From Gemmatimonadales bacterium (GTDB taxonomy: Bacteria > Gemmatimonadota > Gemmatimonadetes > Gemmatimonadales > GWC2-71-9), in the NCBI GenBank assembly GCA_040877595.1, contig JBBDNM010000063.1, forward strand, positions 6,735 through 70,734: DNA of 64,000 nt, read 5' to 3'. The notes under the pieces were generated by a model, which worked only from the letters and a program-made list of their open reading frames with translations, ran no database searches and had not been told where the DNA came from. Both the position numbers and the translations under genes were made by a program. Shown here one piece after another: positions 18,355 to 30,516 of this stretch; the first letter of the stretch is position 1, and each line of letters begins with the position of its first letter.

Positions 18355-21300
18355 CATCAAGTCCATCCTGCTCGTCGGTTCCGGCCCGATCGTGATCGGG
18401 CAGGCGGCCGAATTCGACTATTCCGGGACGCAGGCCATCAAGGCGCTGAAGGAAGAGGGATACCGGGTCATCCTGGTCAACTCGAATCCGGCGACGATCA
18501 TGACCGATCCGGAAATCGCCGATCGCACGTATATCGAGCCGGTGACGCCGGCGTGGGTGGCGCGCGTGATCGAGCGGGAGCGACCGGACGCCCTGTTGCC
18601 CACCATGGGCGGGCAAACGGCGTTGAACGTGGCGATGGCGTTGGCGGAAGACGGCACCCTGGAGCAGTACGGCGTCGAGTTGATCGGGGCGGATGCACGC
18701 GCGATCAGGATGGCCGAAGACCGGCATGAGTTTGGGCTGGCGATGCAGCGCATCGGGCTCGCCGTACCCAAGGGCGGCGTGGCCCGCTCGATGGATGACG
18801 CGCTGGCGCTCGTGGCATCCACGGGCTATCCGGCCATTCTGCGGCCGTCGTTCACGCTGGGTGGTACGGGCGGCGGGGTGGCGTACAACCAGGACGAGTT
18901 TGAGGGAATGGTGGTGCGTGCGCTGGAACTGTCGCCGGTGCACACCGTGCTCGTCGAACAGTCCATCCTGGGGTGGAAGGAGTTCGAGCTCGAAGTGATG
19001 CGGGATGCGGCGGACAACGTCGTCATCATCTGCTCGATCGAGAATCTCGATCCGATGGGTGTGCATACGGGTGATTCGATTACGGTGGCACCCGCCATGA
19101 CCCTGACCGATCGGGAGTACCAGACCATGCGTGACGCGGCGATCGCCATCATCCGGGAGATCGGTGTGGCCGCCGGCGGGTGCAACATCCAGTTCGGCGT
19201 CCACCCCGAGACCGGTGAGCAGCTCGTAATCGAGATGAACCCGCGCGTGTCCCGTTCGTCGGCACTCGCGTCCAAGGCGACCGGATTCCCGATCGCGCGG
19301 ATCGGCGCCAAGCTGGCCGTGGGCTATCGGCTGGACGAACTCCCGAACGACATCACCAAGACGACGCCGGCCTCGTTCGAGCCGGTCCTCGATTACGTGG
19401 TGGTCAAGTGCCCCCGGTTTGCGTTTGACAAGTTCCCCACGGCCGACCAGACGCTCACGACGCAGATGAAGTCGGTCGGCGAATCCATGGCGATCGGGCG
19501 CACGTTCAAGGAGGCGTTCCAGAAGGGACTGCGCGCCCTGGAGATTGATCGGGCGGGATGGGTCACGGGTGGCACACCATCGGACGACGGGTTGGAGAGC
19601 GAGGGGCTGGACGACCTCAAGGCCGCGCTGCGGCGTCCCACACCCGACCAGATCTTCCAGATCAAGCGGGCGTTTCGATCGGGGTTGACCGTGAGCGAGA
19701 TCGCGACGCTCACCCGGATTGATCCGTGGTTCCTGCATCAGCTGGCGGAGCTGATTGAGGCCGAGGACCAGTATGCCGCGGCCCAGGCCGTGGATGCGAC
19801 AGCGCTCCGCGCCATGAAACGCCAGGGCTTCTCCGACCGGCAGCTCGCGCAGTTGCGCGGGGAGACCGAAGCGCAGGTGCGGGCGCGGCGCTGGGACCTC
19901 GGCATGCATCCGGCGTACAAGATGGTGGACACATGCGCCGGGGAGTTTCCGTCGTCAACGCCCTACCTGTACTCGTCCTACGACGAAGAGAATGAGTCCG
20001 AGCCGTTCGGGGACGAGGGCGTGGTCATTCTCGGAAGCGGTCCCAACCGTATTGGCCAGGGAGTGGAATTCGACTATTGCTGTGTCCGGGCGGGGCTCGC
20101 GCTGCGCGAGCTGGGCTACAAGACCATCATGGTGAATTCCAATCCTGAGACCGTGTCAACGGACTTCGACATTTCGGACAAGCTCTACTTCGAGCCGCTC
20201 ACGCTCGAAGATGTGCTCGAGATCGTCCGGCTGGAGTCACCACGGGGCGTGGTGCTCCAGTTGGGTGGCCAGACGCCGCTCAAGTTGGCCAAGGGGTTGG
20301 AGGCGGCGGGTGTCCCGATTCTTGGCACCAGTCCTGAGGCGGTGGATGTGGCCGAGGATCGGCGACGGTTTGAGGCGCTGACCAGACAGATTGGCGTGGC
20401 CCAACCGCCGAATGGCACGGCCACCACGGTGGAACAGGCCTTGGCGATCGCCGAACAGATCGGCTACCCGGTGCTGGTGCGGCCGTCCTACGTCCTCGGC
20501 GGGCGCGCGATGGAGATCGTGTACGATGCACCGTCACTCGGCGGCTACTTCCACAAGGCCGCGCGCGTTTCACCCGACCACCCCGTGCTGATTGACCGGT
20601 TCCTCGAGGACGCCTTCGAGGCCGACGTGGACGCGCTCTGCGACGGGAAGCGCACCGTAATTGGCGGTGTGATGCAGCACATCGAGGACGCGGGCATCCA
20701 TTCCGGCGACTCGGCCTGCGTGATTCCGCCGTACCTCATTGCGGAGGAAGCCGTTGACCAGATGCGCCGCCACACCAAGGCGTTTGCCGAGGCGCTCGGT
20801 GTCGTGGGGCTGATCAACGTGCAGTACGCGATTCGCGACGGCCTTGTCTATGTGCTCGAGGTGAATCCGCGCGGGTCGCGCACCGTGCCGTTCGTGAGCA
20901 AGGCGACCGGCGTGCCGCTGGCCAAGCTCGCGGCGGCGGTGATGATGGGACATTCGCTCGACGACCTGGGCGTGCCGGACGAAGTGCACCTGCCATTCGT
21001 CGCGGTCAAGGAAGCCGTCTTTCCGTTTGCCAAGTTGCCCAACGTGGACACCCTGCTCGGGCCCGAAATGCGCTCGACGGGCGAGGTCATGGGGATCGCG
21101 GACAGCTTTGGGATGGCGTTCGCCAAGGCCCAGGTCGCGGCCGATGCGGCCCTGCCACTCGAGGGTGGCGTGTTCGTCACAGTCAACGACCACGACAAGC
21201 CGACGGTCCTGCCGATTGTCCGCCGGTTCCACGAAATGGGCTTCCGTATCCACGCCACCGAGGGGACCGCGCGCTACCTCGGTCAACGGGGGGTGCCGGC

Positions 21301-21586
21301 CTCGGTGGTACTCAAGGTGCATGAAGGCCGGCCGAACGCGATTGACCTGGTGCTGTCGGGTGAGGTCAAGCTCCTCATCAACACCCCGCTCGGCAAGCTG
21401 ACCCAACGCGATGATTACCTGATCCGACGCATGGCGCTCCAACTACGGTTGCCGTATACCACGACCATGTCGGCCGCGAGCGCGGCCTGTGATGCGGTGT
21501 TGGCACTCCGGAGCCGGCCGGGCGAGGTCCGGTGCTTGCAGGAGTGGTACGAACGCCTGCCGCATCGGACGGTTGTGGGCGCGTGA
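18338..21586 (+). CDS. carB: carbamoyl-phosphate synthase large subunit
   Basis: [33 protein letters not shown]. It has duplicated ATP-grasp halves and a C-terminal MGS-like domain. The start is set at GTG 18338; the track start at 18131 lies inside rmd. Confidence 0.95.
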
Positions 21587-22494
21587 ACGCCCTGGCGCCC
21601 CTCGCCGAGCGCCTGCGTGGGCGGGTGCGCTTCCACGAGCCGCTGGCGGAGCACACCACCTATCGCATTGGTGGGCCGGCGGCGGCCTTGGTCGAGCCGG
21701 TCGACGCCGAGGATGTGGCGATGGCGCTGGCGGTGACGGCGGAAGCGGGACTCCCGTGGTTGGTGATTGGGCTCGGGTCCAATCTGCTGGTGCGGGATAG
21801 CGGCTTTGCGGGGGTGGTGCTGAAGATGGGACGGGCGGTTGCAGGACTGACGCCGGTGGGAGCGGGGGTCTGGCGGGCCGGGGCCGGGTTGCCGACGCCT
21901 TTGCTTGCGCGGCGCACCGCGGACGCGGGATTCGCTGGCGTGCATCGGCTGGTGGGCGTGCCGGGCACGGTGGGTGGTGGCGTCTACATGAACGCCGGCG
22001 CGCACGCGCAGGAGTTTCGGGACGTCGTGCGCCGGGTGTGGCTGGTGAATGCGTCTGGGGTGGCCGAGGAGCGCGTCGGGGACGCCATCGCCTGGGTGTA
22101 TCGCGCGAGCAACCTTGGGCGGGTGGTGGTGCTGGAAGCCGAAGTAGCTTTGGCCGAGGAGGATCCGGCGGTGCTGACGCGCGACCTGCGTGAGCATTAC
22201 CGGTGGCGGAAACAGGGCACGCCGTTCCAGGAGCCGTGTTGTGGCAGTGTGTTCCGGAATCCCGTGGGCCGCGCCGATGGCAAGACGGCCGGTCGCCTGA
22301 TTGATGCGGCGGGACTCAAGGGCTACCAGATCGGTGGGGCCCAGGTGTCGCCCGTACATGCGAACTACATCGTGAATACCGGGGGCGCTCGGGCGGCGGA
22401 TGTGCTGGCGGTGATCGCGCACGTCAGGACGGTCGTACGGGATCGCTTTGCAGTCGAACTCGAACTCGAGGTGCAAGTGGTAGGGGACGAATGA
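21583..22494 (+). CDS. murB: UDP-N-acetylenolpyruvoylglucosamine reductase
   Basis: [23 protein letters not shown] and GSVFRNP motifs. GTG 21583 overlaps the carB stop. Confidence 0.9.
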   Translation: MNALAPLAERLRGRVRFHEPLAEHTTYRIGGPAAALVEPVDAEDVAMALAVTAEAGLPWLVIGLGSNLLVRDSGFAGVVLKMGRAVAGLTPVGAGVWRAGAGLPTPLLARRTADAGFAGVHRLVGVPGTVGGGVYMNAGAHAQEFRDVVRRVWLVNASGVAEERVGDAIAWVYRASNLGRVVVLEAEVALAEEDPAVLTRDLREHYRWRKQGTPFQEPCCGSVFRNPVGRADGKTAGRLIDAAGLKGYQIGGAQVSPVHANYIVNTGGARAADVLAVIAHVRTVVRDRFAVELELEVQVVGDE

Positions 22495-22496
22495 CC

Positions 22497-22524
22497 ATGC
22501 AACGTGCACCGTGCAACGTGCAAC
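22497..22524. repeat. heptanucleotide tandem repeat (GTGCAAC-like, 4 units) in the murB-wbpD spacer
   Basis: ATGCAAC GTGCACC GTGCAAC GTGCAAC lies directly after the murB stop (22492-22494) and 10 nt before the wbpD ATG. Confidence 0.8.
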
Positions 22525-22533
22525 GAGGGTGTC

Positions 22534-23121
22534 ATGGCTGAGTTCTTTGCGCATGAATCCGCCTATGTCGATGACGGCGCCCAAGTGGGGACCGGCACCA
22601 AAATCTGGCATTTTTGCCATGTGATGTCTGGGGCGGTGATCGGGGAGCGGTGTAGCCTTGGGCAGAATGTCGTGGTGATGCCGGGCACGCGCATCGGGAA
22701 CAACGTCAAGATTCAGAACAATGTGTCCATTTACGAGGGCGTGGAACTGGAGGACGATGTCTTCTGCGGGCCATCCTGCGTCTTCACGAACGTCGTCAAT
22801 CCGCGCAGCCATGTCTCGCGGAAGCATGAATATCTGCGAACGGTGGTCCAGCGCGGCGCGTCCATCGGTGCCAACGCCACGATTGTCTGTGGCGTGACCC
22901 TGGGTGCGTATGCCTTCATCGGTGCCGGCGCGGTCATTACGAGCGATGTGCCGGACTACGCGCTGATGGTGGGTGTGCCCGCCCGACGCGTGGGGTGGAT
23001 GTGCCAGTGTGGCGAGCGGCTCCGGCTGGCCGAGGGACAGGGTCGGTGCGCGGCCTGCGGGACGGCGTATCAGGAGACCGATGGGGCGCTCGTTCGTGTT
23101 GACCTCCCTGCTGGTGTCTGA
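22534..23121 (+). CDS. wbpD: UDP-2-acetamido-3-amino-2,3-dideoxy-glucuronate N-acetyltransferase (WbpD-like, left-handed beta-helix)
   Basis: It has hexapeptide repeats. [19 protein letters not shown]...[33 protein letters not shown]...[15 protein letters not shown] is closely collinear with WbpD/WlbB. Confidence 0.8.
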   Translation: MAEFFAHESAYVDDGAQVGTGTKIWHFCHVMSGAVIGERCSLGQNVVVMPGTRIGNNVKIQNNVSIYEGVELEDDVFCGPSCVFTNVVNPRSHVSRKHEYLRTVVQRGASIGANATIVCGVTLGAYAFIGAGAVITSDVPDYALMVGVPARRVGWMCQCGERLRLAEGQGRCAACGTAYQETDGALVRVDLPAGV

Positions 23122-23215
23122 GTAACATTTGAAGCTAGACTTGGAAGTCACGTATGTGGCTGTCACACGGCCACGTAACTCTCTTGCCGGGCCGGACCCG
23201 ACACCTGTAACCACA

Positions 23216-24331
23216 TTGGCTATCCCGTTGTTGGACCTGCGCGCGCAGTTCGCTGAACTGCGTGACGACATCATGCCTGCGTTGCAGGCGACGATGGACG
23301 CCACCGATTTCATCATGGGGGATGCGGTGCGTCGTCTGGAAGCGGCGTTGGCGGGCTATGCGGGTGCTTCGCACGCCATCGCCTGCGCGAGCGGTACGGA
23401 CGCCCTGATGCTCTCGCTGAAGGCCCTGAATCTTGCGCCGGGCGATGAGGTCATTACCACGCCCTTCACGTTCTTCGCGACTGCCGGTGCCATCCACAAT
23501 GCGGGTGGTCGCCCGGTGTTCGTGGATATCCTGCCGGACACGTTCAATATCGACCCCGAGGCCGTGGCGGCGGCGATTGGACCGCGCACCCGGGCCCTGG
23601 TCCCGGTCCACCTGTACGGGCAGATGGCGGCGATGGAGGCCTTGATGCCCTTGGCCAAGCGGCACGGATTGGCCGTCATCGAGGACGCGGCCCAGGCGAT
23701 TGGGGCTCGGCGCCGGATGGCGGGCGGTACGCCCATGGCGGGTACGGTGGGAACGACGGGGTGCTACTCGTTCTTCCCCAGCAAGAATCTGGGCGCGTGG
23801 GGTGACGGCGGGATGATCGTGACGCATGACGCGATGCTGGCCGACCGGCTTCGGCGGCTGCGCACCCACGGTGGCGCCAAGCAGTACCATCACGATGAGG
23901 TCGGGTTCAATTCGCGCCTGGACACGCTCCAGGCCGCGGTGCTTCTGGCCAAACTGCCGCATCTTGATCGGTGGAATGCCGCGCGGCGAGCCAATGCCGC
24001 GGTGTATGACGCCGCGTTCGCCGGTCTGAACGATGTCGTGACACCGCCAGGTGACCCGGCCAATGAGCACACCTACCACCAGTACACGCTGCGCGTGGCG
24101 CGGCGCGATGCCCTGGTGGCCCGGCTCAAGGAGCAGGGCATCGGGTGTGCGGTGTATTACCCCAAGGCGTTGCATCAACAGCCGTGCTTTGCGCCACTCG
24201 GGTACCGGGAGGGGCAATTTCCCGCCGCCGAGCGTGCCACCGCCGAGGTCGTATCGCTCCCGATCTATCCCGAGTTGCCGGAGGCCCACCGGGACCAGGT
24301 GATCGCGGCCGTGCGGGAGTTCCACACATGA
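23216..24331 (+). CDS. wbpE: DegT/DnrJ/EryC1/StrS-family aminotransferase (WbpE-like)
   Basis: IPLLDLRAQFAELRDDI...ACASGTDAL...FFPSKNLGAWGDGG (PLP Lys). The start is uncertain: TTG 23216 gives the usual short N-terminus, and the track ORF starts at TTG 23129. Confidence 0.85.
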   Translation: MAIPLLDLRAQFAELRDDIMPALQATMDATDFIMGDAVRRLEAALAGYAGASHAIACASGTDALMLSLKALNLAPGDEVITTPFTFFATAGAIHNAGGRPVFVDILPDTFNIDPEAVAAAIGPRTRALVPVHLYGQMAAMEALMPLAKRHGLAVIEDAAQAIGARRRMAGGTPMAGTVGTTGCYSFFPSKNLGAWGDGGMIVTHDAMLADRLRRLRTHGGAKQYHHDEVGFNSRLDTLQAAVLLAKLPHLDRWNAARRANAAVYDAAFAGLNDVVTPPGDPANEHTYHQYTLRVARRDALVARLKEQGIGCAVYYPKALHQQPCFAPLGYREGQFPAAERATAEVVSLPIYPELPEAHRDQVIAAVREFHT

Positions 24332-25335
24332 GCCGGCTGCGCGTGGCGGTCATTGGGGCGGGCGCCTGGGGCCGCAACCACGTGCGGACGGTGGCGTCCA
24401 TGCCCGAGGCGGAGCTGACGGTGGTCTGCGATCTGGATCCCCAGCGGCGGGAACAGATGGGCCGACAGTATCCTGGCATTCTGCTGACGGACGATCCTGC
24501 GGTGGCGATGGGGGCGGCCGATGCCGTCATTGTCGCGAGTTCCGCGATGTCGCATGAACCGTTGGCGATGATGGCGATCGAGCGACGGTTGCCCGTGCTG
24601 GTTGAGAAACCCTTCACGCTCTCGGTGGCGACCGCGGAGCGGGTGGCGCAGGCAGCGCAAGCGGCGGGCGTTCCCGTCGTCGTGGGACACCTCCTGCTCT
24701 TTCACCCGGCCATCGAGCGACTGCGCGCCATGATCTCCGGCGGCGAGCTGGGCGACGTGTACTACCTCTATAGCCAGCGGGTGAATCTGGGCCAGGTGCG
24801 GCCGGATGAGAGCGCCTTATGGAGTTTCGGGCCGCATGACATCGCCGTGGCGTTGTACCTGATTGGCGAGGCCCCCGTGCAGGTAAGCGCGCAGGGGCAT
24901 TCCTATTTGCAGCCGGGGATTGAGGACGTCGTGTTCCTGACCATGCACTTTGCCTCGGGCATCATGGCCAACGCACAGGTCTCCTGGCTTGACCCCCACA
25001 AGGAGCGACGACTGACGGTCGTCGGCTCGGAGCGCATGGTGGTCTTCGACGATATGCAGCCGCGGGAGAAGCTCAAGATCTTTGACAAAGGCGTGGATCG
25101 GCCGCCCGAGTACAAGTCGTATGGCGAGAGTCTGGCGGTCCGTGAGGGCGACATTCATGTCCCGCGGATCTCGAACCAGGAACCCCTGTCGGCCGAGATC
25201 CGGCATTTCCTGGGCGTCGCGCGCGGGGAAGAATCCTCGCGGGCCGATGCCGCCAGCGGTGTGGAGGTGGTGCGGGTCCTCGAGCGCGCCAGTGAATCAC
25301 TCAACGCCGATGGCGCGGCGGTGAGACTCCCATGA
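24328..25335 (+). CDS. wbpB: Gfo/Idh/MocA-family oxidoreductase (WbpB-like UDP-GlcNAcA 3-dehydrogenase)
   Basis: MSRLRVAVIGAGAWGRNHVR is a Rossmann N-terminus, with an EKP motif (LVEKPF). ATG 24328 overlaps the wbpE stop. The gene sits between the wbpE-like and wbpA-like genes. Confidence 0.75.
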   Translation: MSRLRVAVIGAGAWGRNHVRTVASMPEAELTVVCDLDPQRREQMGRQYPGILLTDDPAVAMGAADAVIVASSAMSHEPLAMMAIERRLPVLVEKPFTLSVATAERVAQAAQAAGVPVVVGHLLLFHPAIERLRAMISGGELGDVYYLYSQRVNLGQVRPDESALWSFGPHDIAVALYLIGEAPVQVSAQGHSYLQPGIEDVVFLTMHFASGIMANAQVSWLDPHKERRLTVVGSERMVVFDDMQPREKLKIFDKGVDRPPEYKSYGESLAVREGDIHVPRISNQEPLSAEIRHFLGVARGEESSRADAASGVEVVRVLERASESLNADGAAVRLP

Positions 25336-26624
25336 CCTACAGGCAGGAATTGAAGGCCAAGGCGGCCTCGCAGGAGGCCGTGTTCGGCGTGATCGGCATG
25401 GGCTACGTCGGCCTGCCGCTCGCCGTCGAGCTGGCGCGTGCCGGCTATCGCGTGCTGGGCTTCGACGTCCAGGACCGCGTGGTGCAGGGCATCAACGCGG
25501 GCCGCTCCCACATCCAGGATGTGCCGACGGGCGTGCTGGCGCCGTTTGCCAAGGACGGTCGCATCGCCGCCACGACGGACATGTCGCGGCTTGCCGAAGT
25601 GGACGTGATCTCGATCTGCGTCCCGACGCCGCTCTCCAAGACCAAGGATCCGGACGTGTCGTATGTCCTGGCCGCCGCGGACGCCGTGCAGGCTGCCGTC
25701 CGGCCCGGCCAGCTGGTGATCCTGGAAAGCACCACGTACCCCGGCACGACGCGCGAGCTGTTGCAGCCGCGACTCGAAGCCCGCGGATTGACGGTGGGCA
25801 CGGATGCCTTCCTGGCGTTCAGTCCCGAGCGCGTGGATCCAGGCAATCCGACATGGCACACGCGCAACACGCCCAAGGTGGTGGGGGGCGTCACCGCCGC
25901 CTGTAACGAGGTCGCGTTGGCACTGTACGGCCCGGCGTTTGACCGCCTGGTCCCCGTGTCGTCGCCGGAAGCGGCGGAACTGGTCAAGTTGCTCGAGAAC
26001 ACGTTCCGCAGCGTCAACATCGGGCTGGCGAACGAGATGGCGATCGTGTGTGAAAAGCTGGGCGTGGACGTGTGGGAGGTGATTGAGGCGGCAGCCACCA
26101 AGCCGTTCGGCTTCATGAAGTTCACCCCGGGTCCCGGGCTTGGCGGGCATTGCATCCCGATTGACCCGCACTATCTGGCGTGGAAAATGCGCGGGCTCAA
26201 TTACAAGACCCGGTTCATCGAGGTCGCCAGCGAAGTGAATTCCGAGATGCCGCACTTCTGGGTACGCAAGGTGTCTGAGCGCCTGAACGACGATGGCAAA
26301 GCGGTGCGTGGGGCCAGGATTCTCGTGATCGGCGCGGCGTACAAGAAGGATACTGATGACATTCGGGAAAGCCCGGCACTGGACGTGATGCGCCTGCTGC
26401 ACCAGCAGGGCGCCGACGTGACGTATCACGATCCCCATGTGCCGACGATTGTCGAAGACGGCGTGACCCGGTCGTCGGTGCCGTTGACCGAGGCGACGCT
26501 GGCCACCGCCGACTGCGTCGTGGTGACCACGGATCACCGCACCGTGGACTGGGCTCTGGTGGCGCGCGCAGCGCGCCGTTCCGTGGACACGCGCCACATC
26601 CTTCCGCGAGCGCCGCACGCATGA
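25332..26624 (+). CDS. wbpA: nucleotide-sugar dehydrogenase (UDP-N-acetyl-D-glucosamine 6-dehydrogenase, WbpA-like)
   Basis: VIGMGYVGLPLAVELARAGYRVLGFDV and catalytic GLGGHCIPIDP. This is the UDP-glucose/GDP-mannose dehydrogenase family architecture. Confidence 0.8.
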   Translation: MTYRQELKAKAASQEAVFGVIGMGYVGLPLAVELARAGYRVLGFDVQDRVVQGINAGRSHIQDVPTGVLAPFAKDGRIAATTDMSRLAEVDVISICVPTPLSKTKDPDVSYVLAAADAVQAAVRPGQLVILESTTYPGTTRELLQPRLEARGLTVGTDAFLAFSPERVDPGNPTWHTRNTPKVVGGVTAACNEVALALYGPAFDRLVPVSSPEAAELVKLLENTFRSVNIGLANEMAIVCEKLGVDVWEVIEAAATKPFGFMKFTPGPGLGGHCIPIDPHYLAWKMRGLNYKTRFIEVASEVNSEMPHFWVRKVSERLNDDGKAVRGARILVIGAAYKKDTDDIRESPALDVMRLLHQQGADVTYHDPHVPTIVEDGVTRSSVPLTEATLATADCVVVTTDHRTVDWALVARAARRSVDTRHILPRAPHA

Positions 26625-27931
26625 AAGTCGGCGTGATTGGGACCGGCTACGTCGGCCTGGTGGTGGGCGCGTGCCTGGCGGAGACGGGCAACGACGTCAT
26701 CTGTGCGGACGTCAACGAAGACAAGATCGAGAATCTCAAGAAGAACAGGATTCCGATTTACGAACCGGGACTGGAGCCGCTGGTGGCGCGGAACCAGCGG
26801 GAAGGCCGGCTGACGTTTACGACGGACGTGGGCGCGGCGGTCGAGGCCTCGCAGGTCGTGTTCATCGCGGTGGGGACCCCGCCGGGAGAAGACGGCTCGG
26901 CCGACCTGCAGCACGTGCTGGCGGTGGCGCGGACCATCGGCGATCACATGAACGACACGAAGGTCGTCATTACCAAGAGCACGGTGCCGGTCGGTACGGC
27001 GCAGAAGGTCCGCACCGCGGTGGCAGAACGCACGAACGTGCCGTTTCACGTGTGTTCCAACCCGGAGTTTCTCAAGGAAGGCGCCGCCGTTGGCGACTTC
27101 CTCAGGCCTGACCGCGTGGTCGTTGGTGTAGACTCGCCGGAGGCCGCCGCGGTCCTCGAGGAGCTCTACGCCCCTTTCGTGCGCACGGGGAATCCCCTCA
27201 TCTTCATGGATATCGCATCGGCCGAGATGACGAAGTACGCCGCCAACGCCATGTTGGCCACGCGCATCTCGTTCATGAACCAGGTGGCCGAGTTGTGCGA
27301 GCGGGTGGGCGCGGACGTGAGCATGGTGCGCAAAGGCATGGGAACCGATCCCCGCATCGGTGCGGCGTTCCTGTTTCCCGGGCCGGGGTACGGCGGATCG
27401 TGCTTCCCGAAGGATGTGCAGGCCCTGGTGCGCACCGGCGACCATCATGGCGTCACGCTGGACGTGTTGCAGGCGGTCGAGGCGGTCAATGCCCGGCAGA
27501 AGGGGCGCCTGCTCACCAAGGTGCGCGCGGCCCTGGGCGGGTCGCTTCATGGACGTCGCGTGGCCGTATGGGGCCTCGCGTTCAAGGCCGAGACGGATGA
27601 TATGCGGGAGAGTCCGTCCATCCCGCTCATCGAAGGCCTGTTGGACGAAGGGGCCTCGGTGGCCGCGCACGATCCGCAGGCGCACGAGACGGCCCAGGCC
27701 GTCTTCGGTGACCGCATTCACTACTGCCACGGCGCGTACGATGCCCTCACCGGTGCGGACGCGCTCGTGATTGTCACCGAGTGGAATGAGTTCCGGAACC
27801 CGGACTTTCGTCGCATCAAGGCGGCGCTGAGGCAGCCGCTCATCGTGGACGGCCGGAACCTGTACGATCCGGCCAAGCTGCGTGAGCAGGGGTTCCGGTA
27901 CGTCGGTGTCGGGCGTGGTGAGGTCGTGTGA
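26621..27931 (+). CDS. ugd: UDP-glucose 6-dehydrogenase
   Basis: [39 protein letters not shown] and [13 protein letters not shown]. Confidence 0.9.
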   Translation: MKVGVIGTGYVGLVVGACLAETGNDVICADVNEDKIENLKKNRIPIYEPGLEPLVARNQREGRLTFTTDVGAAVEASQVVFIAVGTPPGEDGSADLQHVLAVARTIGDHMNDTKVVITKSTVPVGTAQKVRTAVAERTNVPFHVCSNPEFLKEGAAVGDFLRPDRVVVGVDSPEAAAVLEELYAPFVRTGNPLIFMDIASAEMTKYAANAMLATRISFMNQVAELCERVGADVSMVRKGMGTDPRIGAAFLFPGPGYGGSCFPKDVQALVRTGDHHGVTLDVLQAVEAVNARQKGRLLTKVRAALGGSLHGRRVAVWGLAFKAETDDMRESPSIPLIEGLLDEGASVAAHDPQAHETAQAVFGDRIHYCHGAYDALTGADALVIVTEWNEFRNPDFRRIKAALRQPLIVDGRNLYDPAKLREQGFRYVGVGRGEVV

Positions 27932-28863
27932 GGGCGGTGGTCACCGGAGCAGCGGGGTTTCTCGGGTCCCACCTGACCGATCGCCTGATCGCCGAGGAGT
28001 GGACCGTGGTGGGTGTCGACAACTTCCTCACCGGCCATCGGGCGAACATTGCGCACGTGGATCCGTCGCGGTTCACGCTCCTCGAGCAGGATGTGAGTCG
28101 CTTCATTCAGGTGGATGGGGCGGTTGACGGCGTGTTCCACCTGGCGTCGCCGGCCAGCCCGATTGACTACCTCCAGCTGCCGATCCAGACGTTGAAAGTC
28201 GGCTCGCTGGGCACGCACAAGGCCCTGGGGCTCGCGCGGGCCAAGGGCGCGCGGTTCTTCCTTGCAAGCACGTCGGAGATTTACGGCGACCCGCTCGTGC
28301 ATCCGCAACCTGAGACCTATTGGGGCAACGTGCACACGGTGGGCCCGCGGGGGGTGTACGATGAGGCGAAGCGATTCGCCGAGGCCATCACCATGGCCTA
28401 TCATCGCGCGCACGGACTGGAAACCCGCATCGCGCGGATCTTCAACACCTACGGCCCGCGGATGCGGCCGCGCGACGGGCGGGTGGTCTCCAACTTCATC
28501 GTGCAGGCGTTGTCGGGCGAGCCCCTCACGGTATACGGGGATGGCTCGCAGACGCGGTCATTCTGTTACGTGGATGACCTGATCGAAGGGTTTCTTCGGT
28601 TGTTCGAGCGCGGGTCGGCTGACCCGGTGAACATCGGCAACCCGGGCGAGTTCACCGTGCGGGAACTTGCGCAGATCGTCATACGGAAGACAGGCTCCAC
28701 ATCGCGGATCGTCAACGAACCGCTGCCGGTGGATGATCCCCGACAGCGGCAGCCGGATATCACCAAGGCGCGGACCGAACTCGGCTGGGAGCCGAAGGTC
28801 TCGTTGGACGAGGGATTGGACCGTACGATCCCGTGGTTCCGATCGTTGCTGGCCGCGACGTGA
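27928..28863 (+). CDS. uxs: UDP-glucuronate decarboxylase (UDP-xylose synthase)
   Basis: [26 protein letters not shown] (YxxxK) and [26 protein letters not shown] are characteristic of UXS. Confidence 0.88.
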   Translation: MRAVVTGAAGFLGSHLTDRLIAEEWTVVGVDNFLTGHRANIAHVDPSRFTLLEQDVSRFIQVDGAVDGVFHLASPASPIDYLQLPIQTLKVGSLGTHKALGLARAKGARFFLASTSEIYGDPLVHPQPETYWGNVHTVGPRGVYDEAKRFAEAITMAYHRAHGLETRIARIFNTYGPRMRPRDGRVVSNFIVQALSGEPLTVYGDGSQTRSFCYVDDLIEGFLRLFERGSADPVNIGNPGEFTVRELAQIVIRKTGSTSRIVNEPLPVDDPRQRQPDITKARTELGWEPKVSLDEGLDRTIPWFRSLLAAT

Positions 28864-29846
28864 CGCGTGTGCTGGTCACGGGGGCGGCCGGCTTTGTGGG
28901 CTGCCGCGTCGTTGAGCGGTTGCTGGGCGAGGGGCTGGAGGTGATCGGGATCGACAGCTTCGACGAGGCGTACCCGCGGGATCATAAAGTCCGGGCGCTC
29001 GCCGAGCTCGCGGGCCGCTGCGGCTTCCGGTTTGTCGAGGGGAACGTGCTTGATCGTCACTGCTTCGGCCCGCTGGTGCGCGGGGCCCAGGTGGTGGTGC
29101 ATGCGGCGGGGCGGGCTGGTGTGCGGTCCAGCATCGCGGATGCGGCCGGTGTCGCCCGCGCGAATGTGTATGCGACGGCGGCCGTGGTGACGACGGCGCA
29201 ACGCGCCGGTGTGCGCCGACTCGTGCACCTGTCCTCGTCGTCGGTGTATGGCAACGCGCCCACGCCGTTTGCCGAGGATACGGCATGGTTGCGACCCGCG
29301 TCGCCGTACGCGGCGAGCAAGCGCGCGGCTGAACTGGTGATGGCGCGTGCGGTGCGGACGGGTGCGCGGGTGGCGATGCTTCGCCTGTTCAGCGTCTATG
29401 GGCCGGGGCAACGTCCGGATCAGGCGGCGTGGCAGTTTGCGTCACGACTCGCTGCGCGCGAGCCCGTCGCCCAATATGGCGATGGATCGGCACTGCGCGA
29501 CTTCACCTACGTCGGCGATGTCGCGCAGGCCGTGAGTCGGGCCGTCGCGTGGACCGCGGCTGACGCGCCGCAACTGCTGGTGGCGAATGTGGGCGCGGGA
29601 CAGCCGGTGCGGGTGGATCATTTTCGCGCACTGCTTGCGAGCGCCCTCGGCGTGCCGGATCGCGCCGAGTGGCGCCAGGCGGCGCCGGGCGATGTGCGGG
29701 CCACGGCGGCCCGGGTGGACAGGGCCCGAACGACTCTTGGGTGGACGGCAACAACCCCGTTGGCGCGCGGTATCGCCGACTTCGTGGACTGGTTCGAGGT
29801 AACGCATGGACGACCGGCCCGGACGACTGCTCGATCAGGCGCGTGA
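28860..29846 (+). CDS. NAD-dependent epimerase/dehydratase (UDP-glucuronate 4-epimerase-like)
   Basis: [40 protein letters not shown] and [12 protein letters not shown] 28860 overlaps the uxs stop. Confidence 0.65.
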   Translation: MTRVLVTGAAGFVGCRVVERLLGEGLEVIGIDSFDEAYPRDHKVRALAELAGRCGFRFVEGNVLDRHCFGPLVRGAQVVVHAAGRAGVRSSIADAAGVARANVYATAAVVTTAQRAGVRRLVHLSSSSVYGNAPTPFAEDTAWLRPASPYAASKRAAELVMARAVRTGARVAMLRLFSVYGPGQRPDQAAWQFASRLAAREPVAQYGDGSALRDFTYVGDVAQAVSRAVAWTAADAPQLLVANVGAGQPVRVDHFRALLASALGVPDRAEWRQAAPGDVRATAARVDRARTTLGWTATTPLARGIADFVDWFEVTHGRPARTTARSGA

Positions 29847-30516
29847 GCGCTTCGATCTCCACGACTACCACGGCGCGGTGCTCCAGCTCGAGGAGCTCAT
29901 CGCCGGGGGGCGGGGCTTTGCGGACGCCCACCACCTGCTCGGCGTGTCCTACCATCTCGTGGGACAGTCGGACCGCGCGCTCCAGGCGCTTGATGAGGCG
30001 CTGTCGCGCAATCCGGATTACGTCGAAGCCCTCATCCATCGCGGCATCATTCTCGGAGAACTGGGCCGGGGTGAGGAAGCGCAGGAGGCGTTCGACCGGG
30101 CGGAGCGGGTGGGTGGCCAGGAGCGCGATGGCATTCCGAGTCACCATGCGAGCAAGCTCGCCAACCTGCACGCCAACCTGGGCGAAGCCTACGTGGAGTC
30201 AGGCGCACTCGGACGGGCCATCGAGCAGTACCAACAGGCGCTCCGGCTGGGGCCGGCATTTCATGACCTGCGATTTCGTCTCGGCAAACTGATGCTGGAT
30301 GCCGGGCGATCGCTCGAGGCGCGGGATGTGCTCGAAGCAGTCGTCGAGGCCCGGCCCGGGCTCGTGGCGGCGAAGGCCTCCCTGGGGCTCGCGGCCTACC
30401 TCTCCGGCGACCCGCAATCCGCGCAGACGATCTGGGAGGCGGCGCACCAGGCGCATCCCGATGATCCGCGGATCACCGCCTATCTCGCGTTACTCACCCG
30501 CGCGGAGCAGGCGTAG
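29806..30516 (+). CDS. tetratricopeptide-repeat protein
   Basis: It contains repeated TPR units (AHHLLGVSYHLVGQSDRALQALDEALSRNPDYVEALIHRGIILGELGRGEEAQEAF...). Confidence 0.7.
   Translation: MDDRPGRLLDQARERFDLHDYHGAVLQLEELIAGGRGFADAHHLLGVSYHLVGQSDRALQALDEALSRNPDYVEALIHRGIILGELGRGEEAQEAFDRAERVGGQERDGIPSHHASKLANLHANLGEAYVESGALGRAIEQYQQALRLGPAFHDLRFRLGKLMLDAGRSLEARDVLEAVVEARPGLVAAKASLGLAAYLSGDPQSAQTIWEAAHQAHPDDPRITAYLALLTRAEQA

Noticed and set aside
21415-23316. 633-aa ORF on the minus strand
   Set aside because: It is antisense to carB (3' end), murB and wbpD, and it runs across intergenic repeats. No motifs are recognisable.
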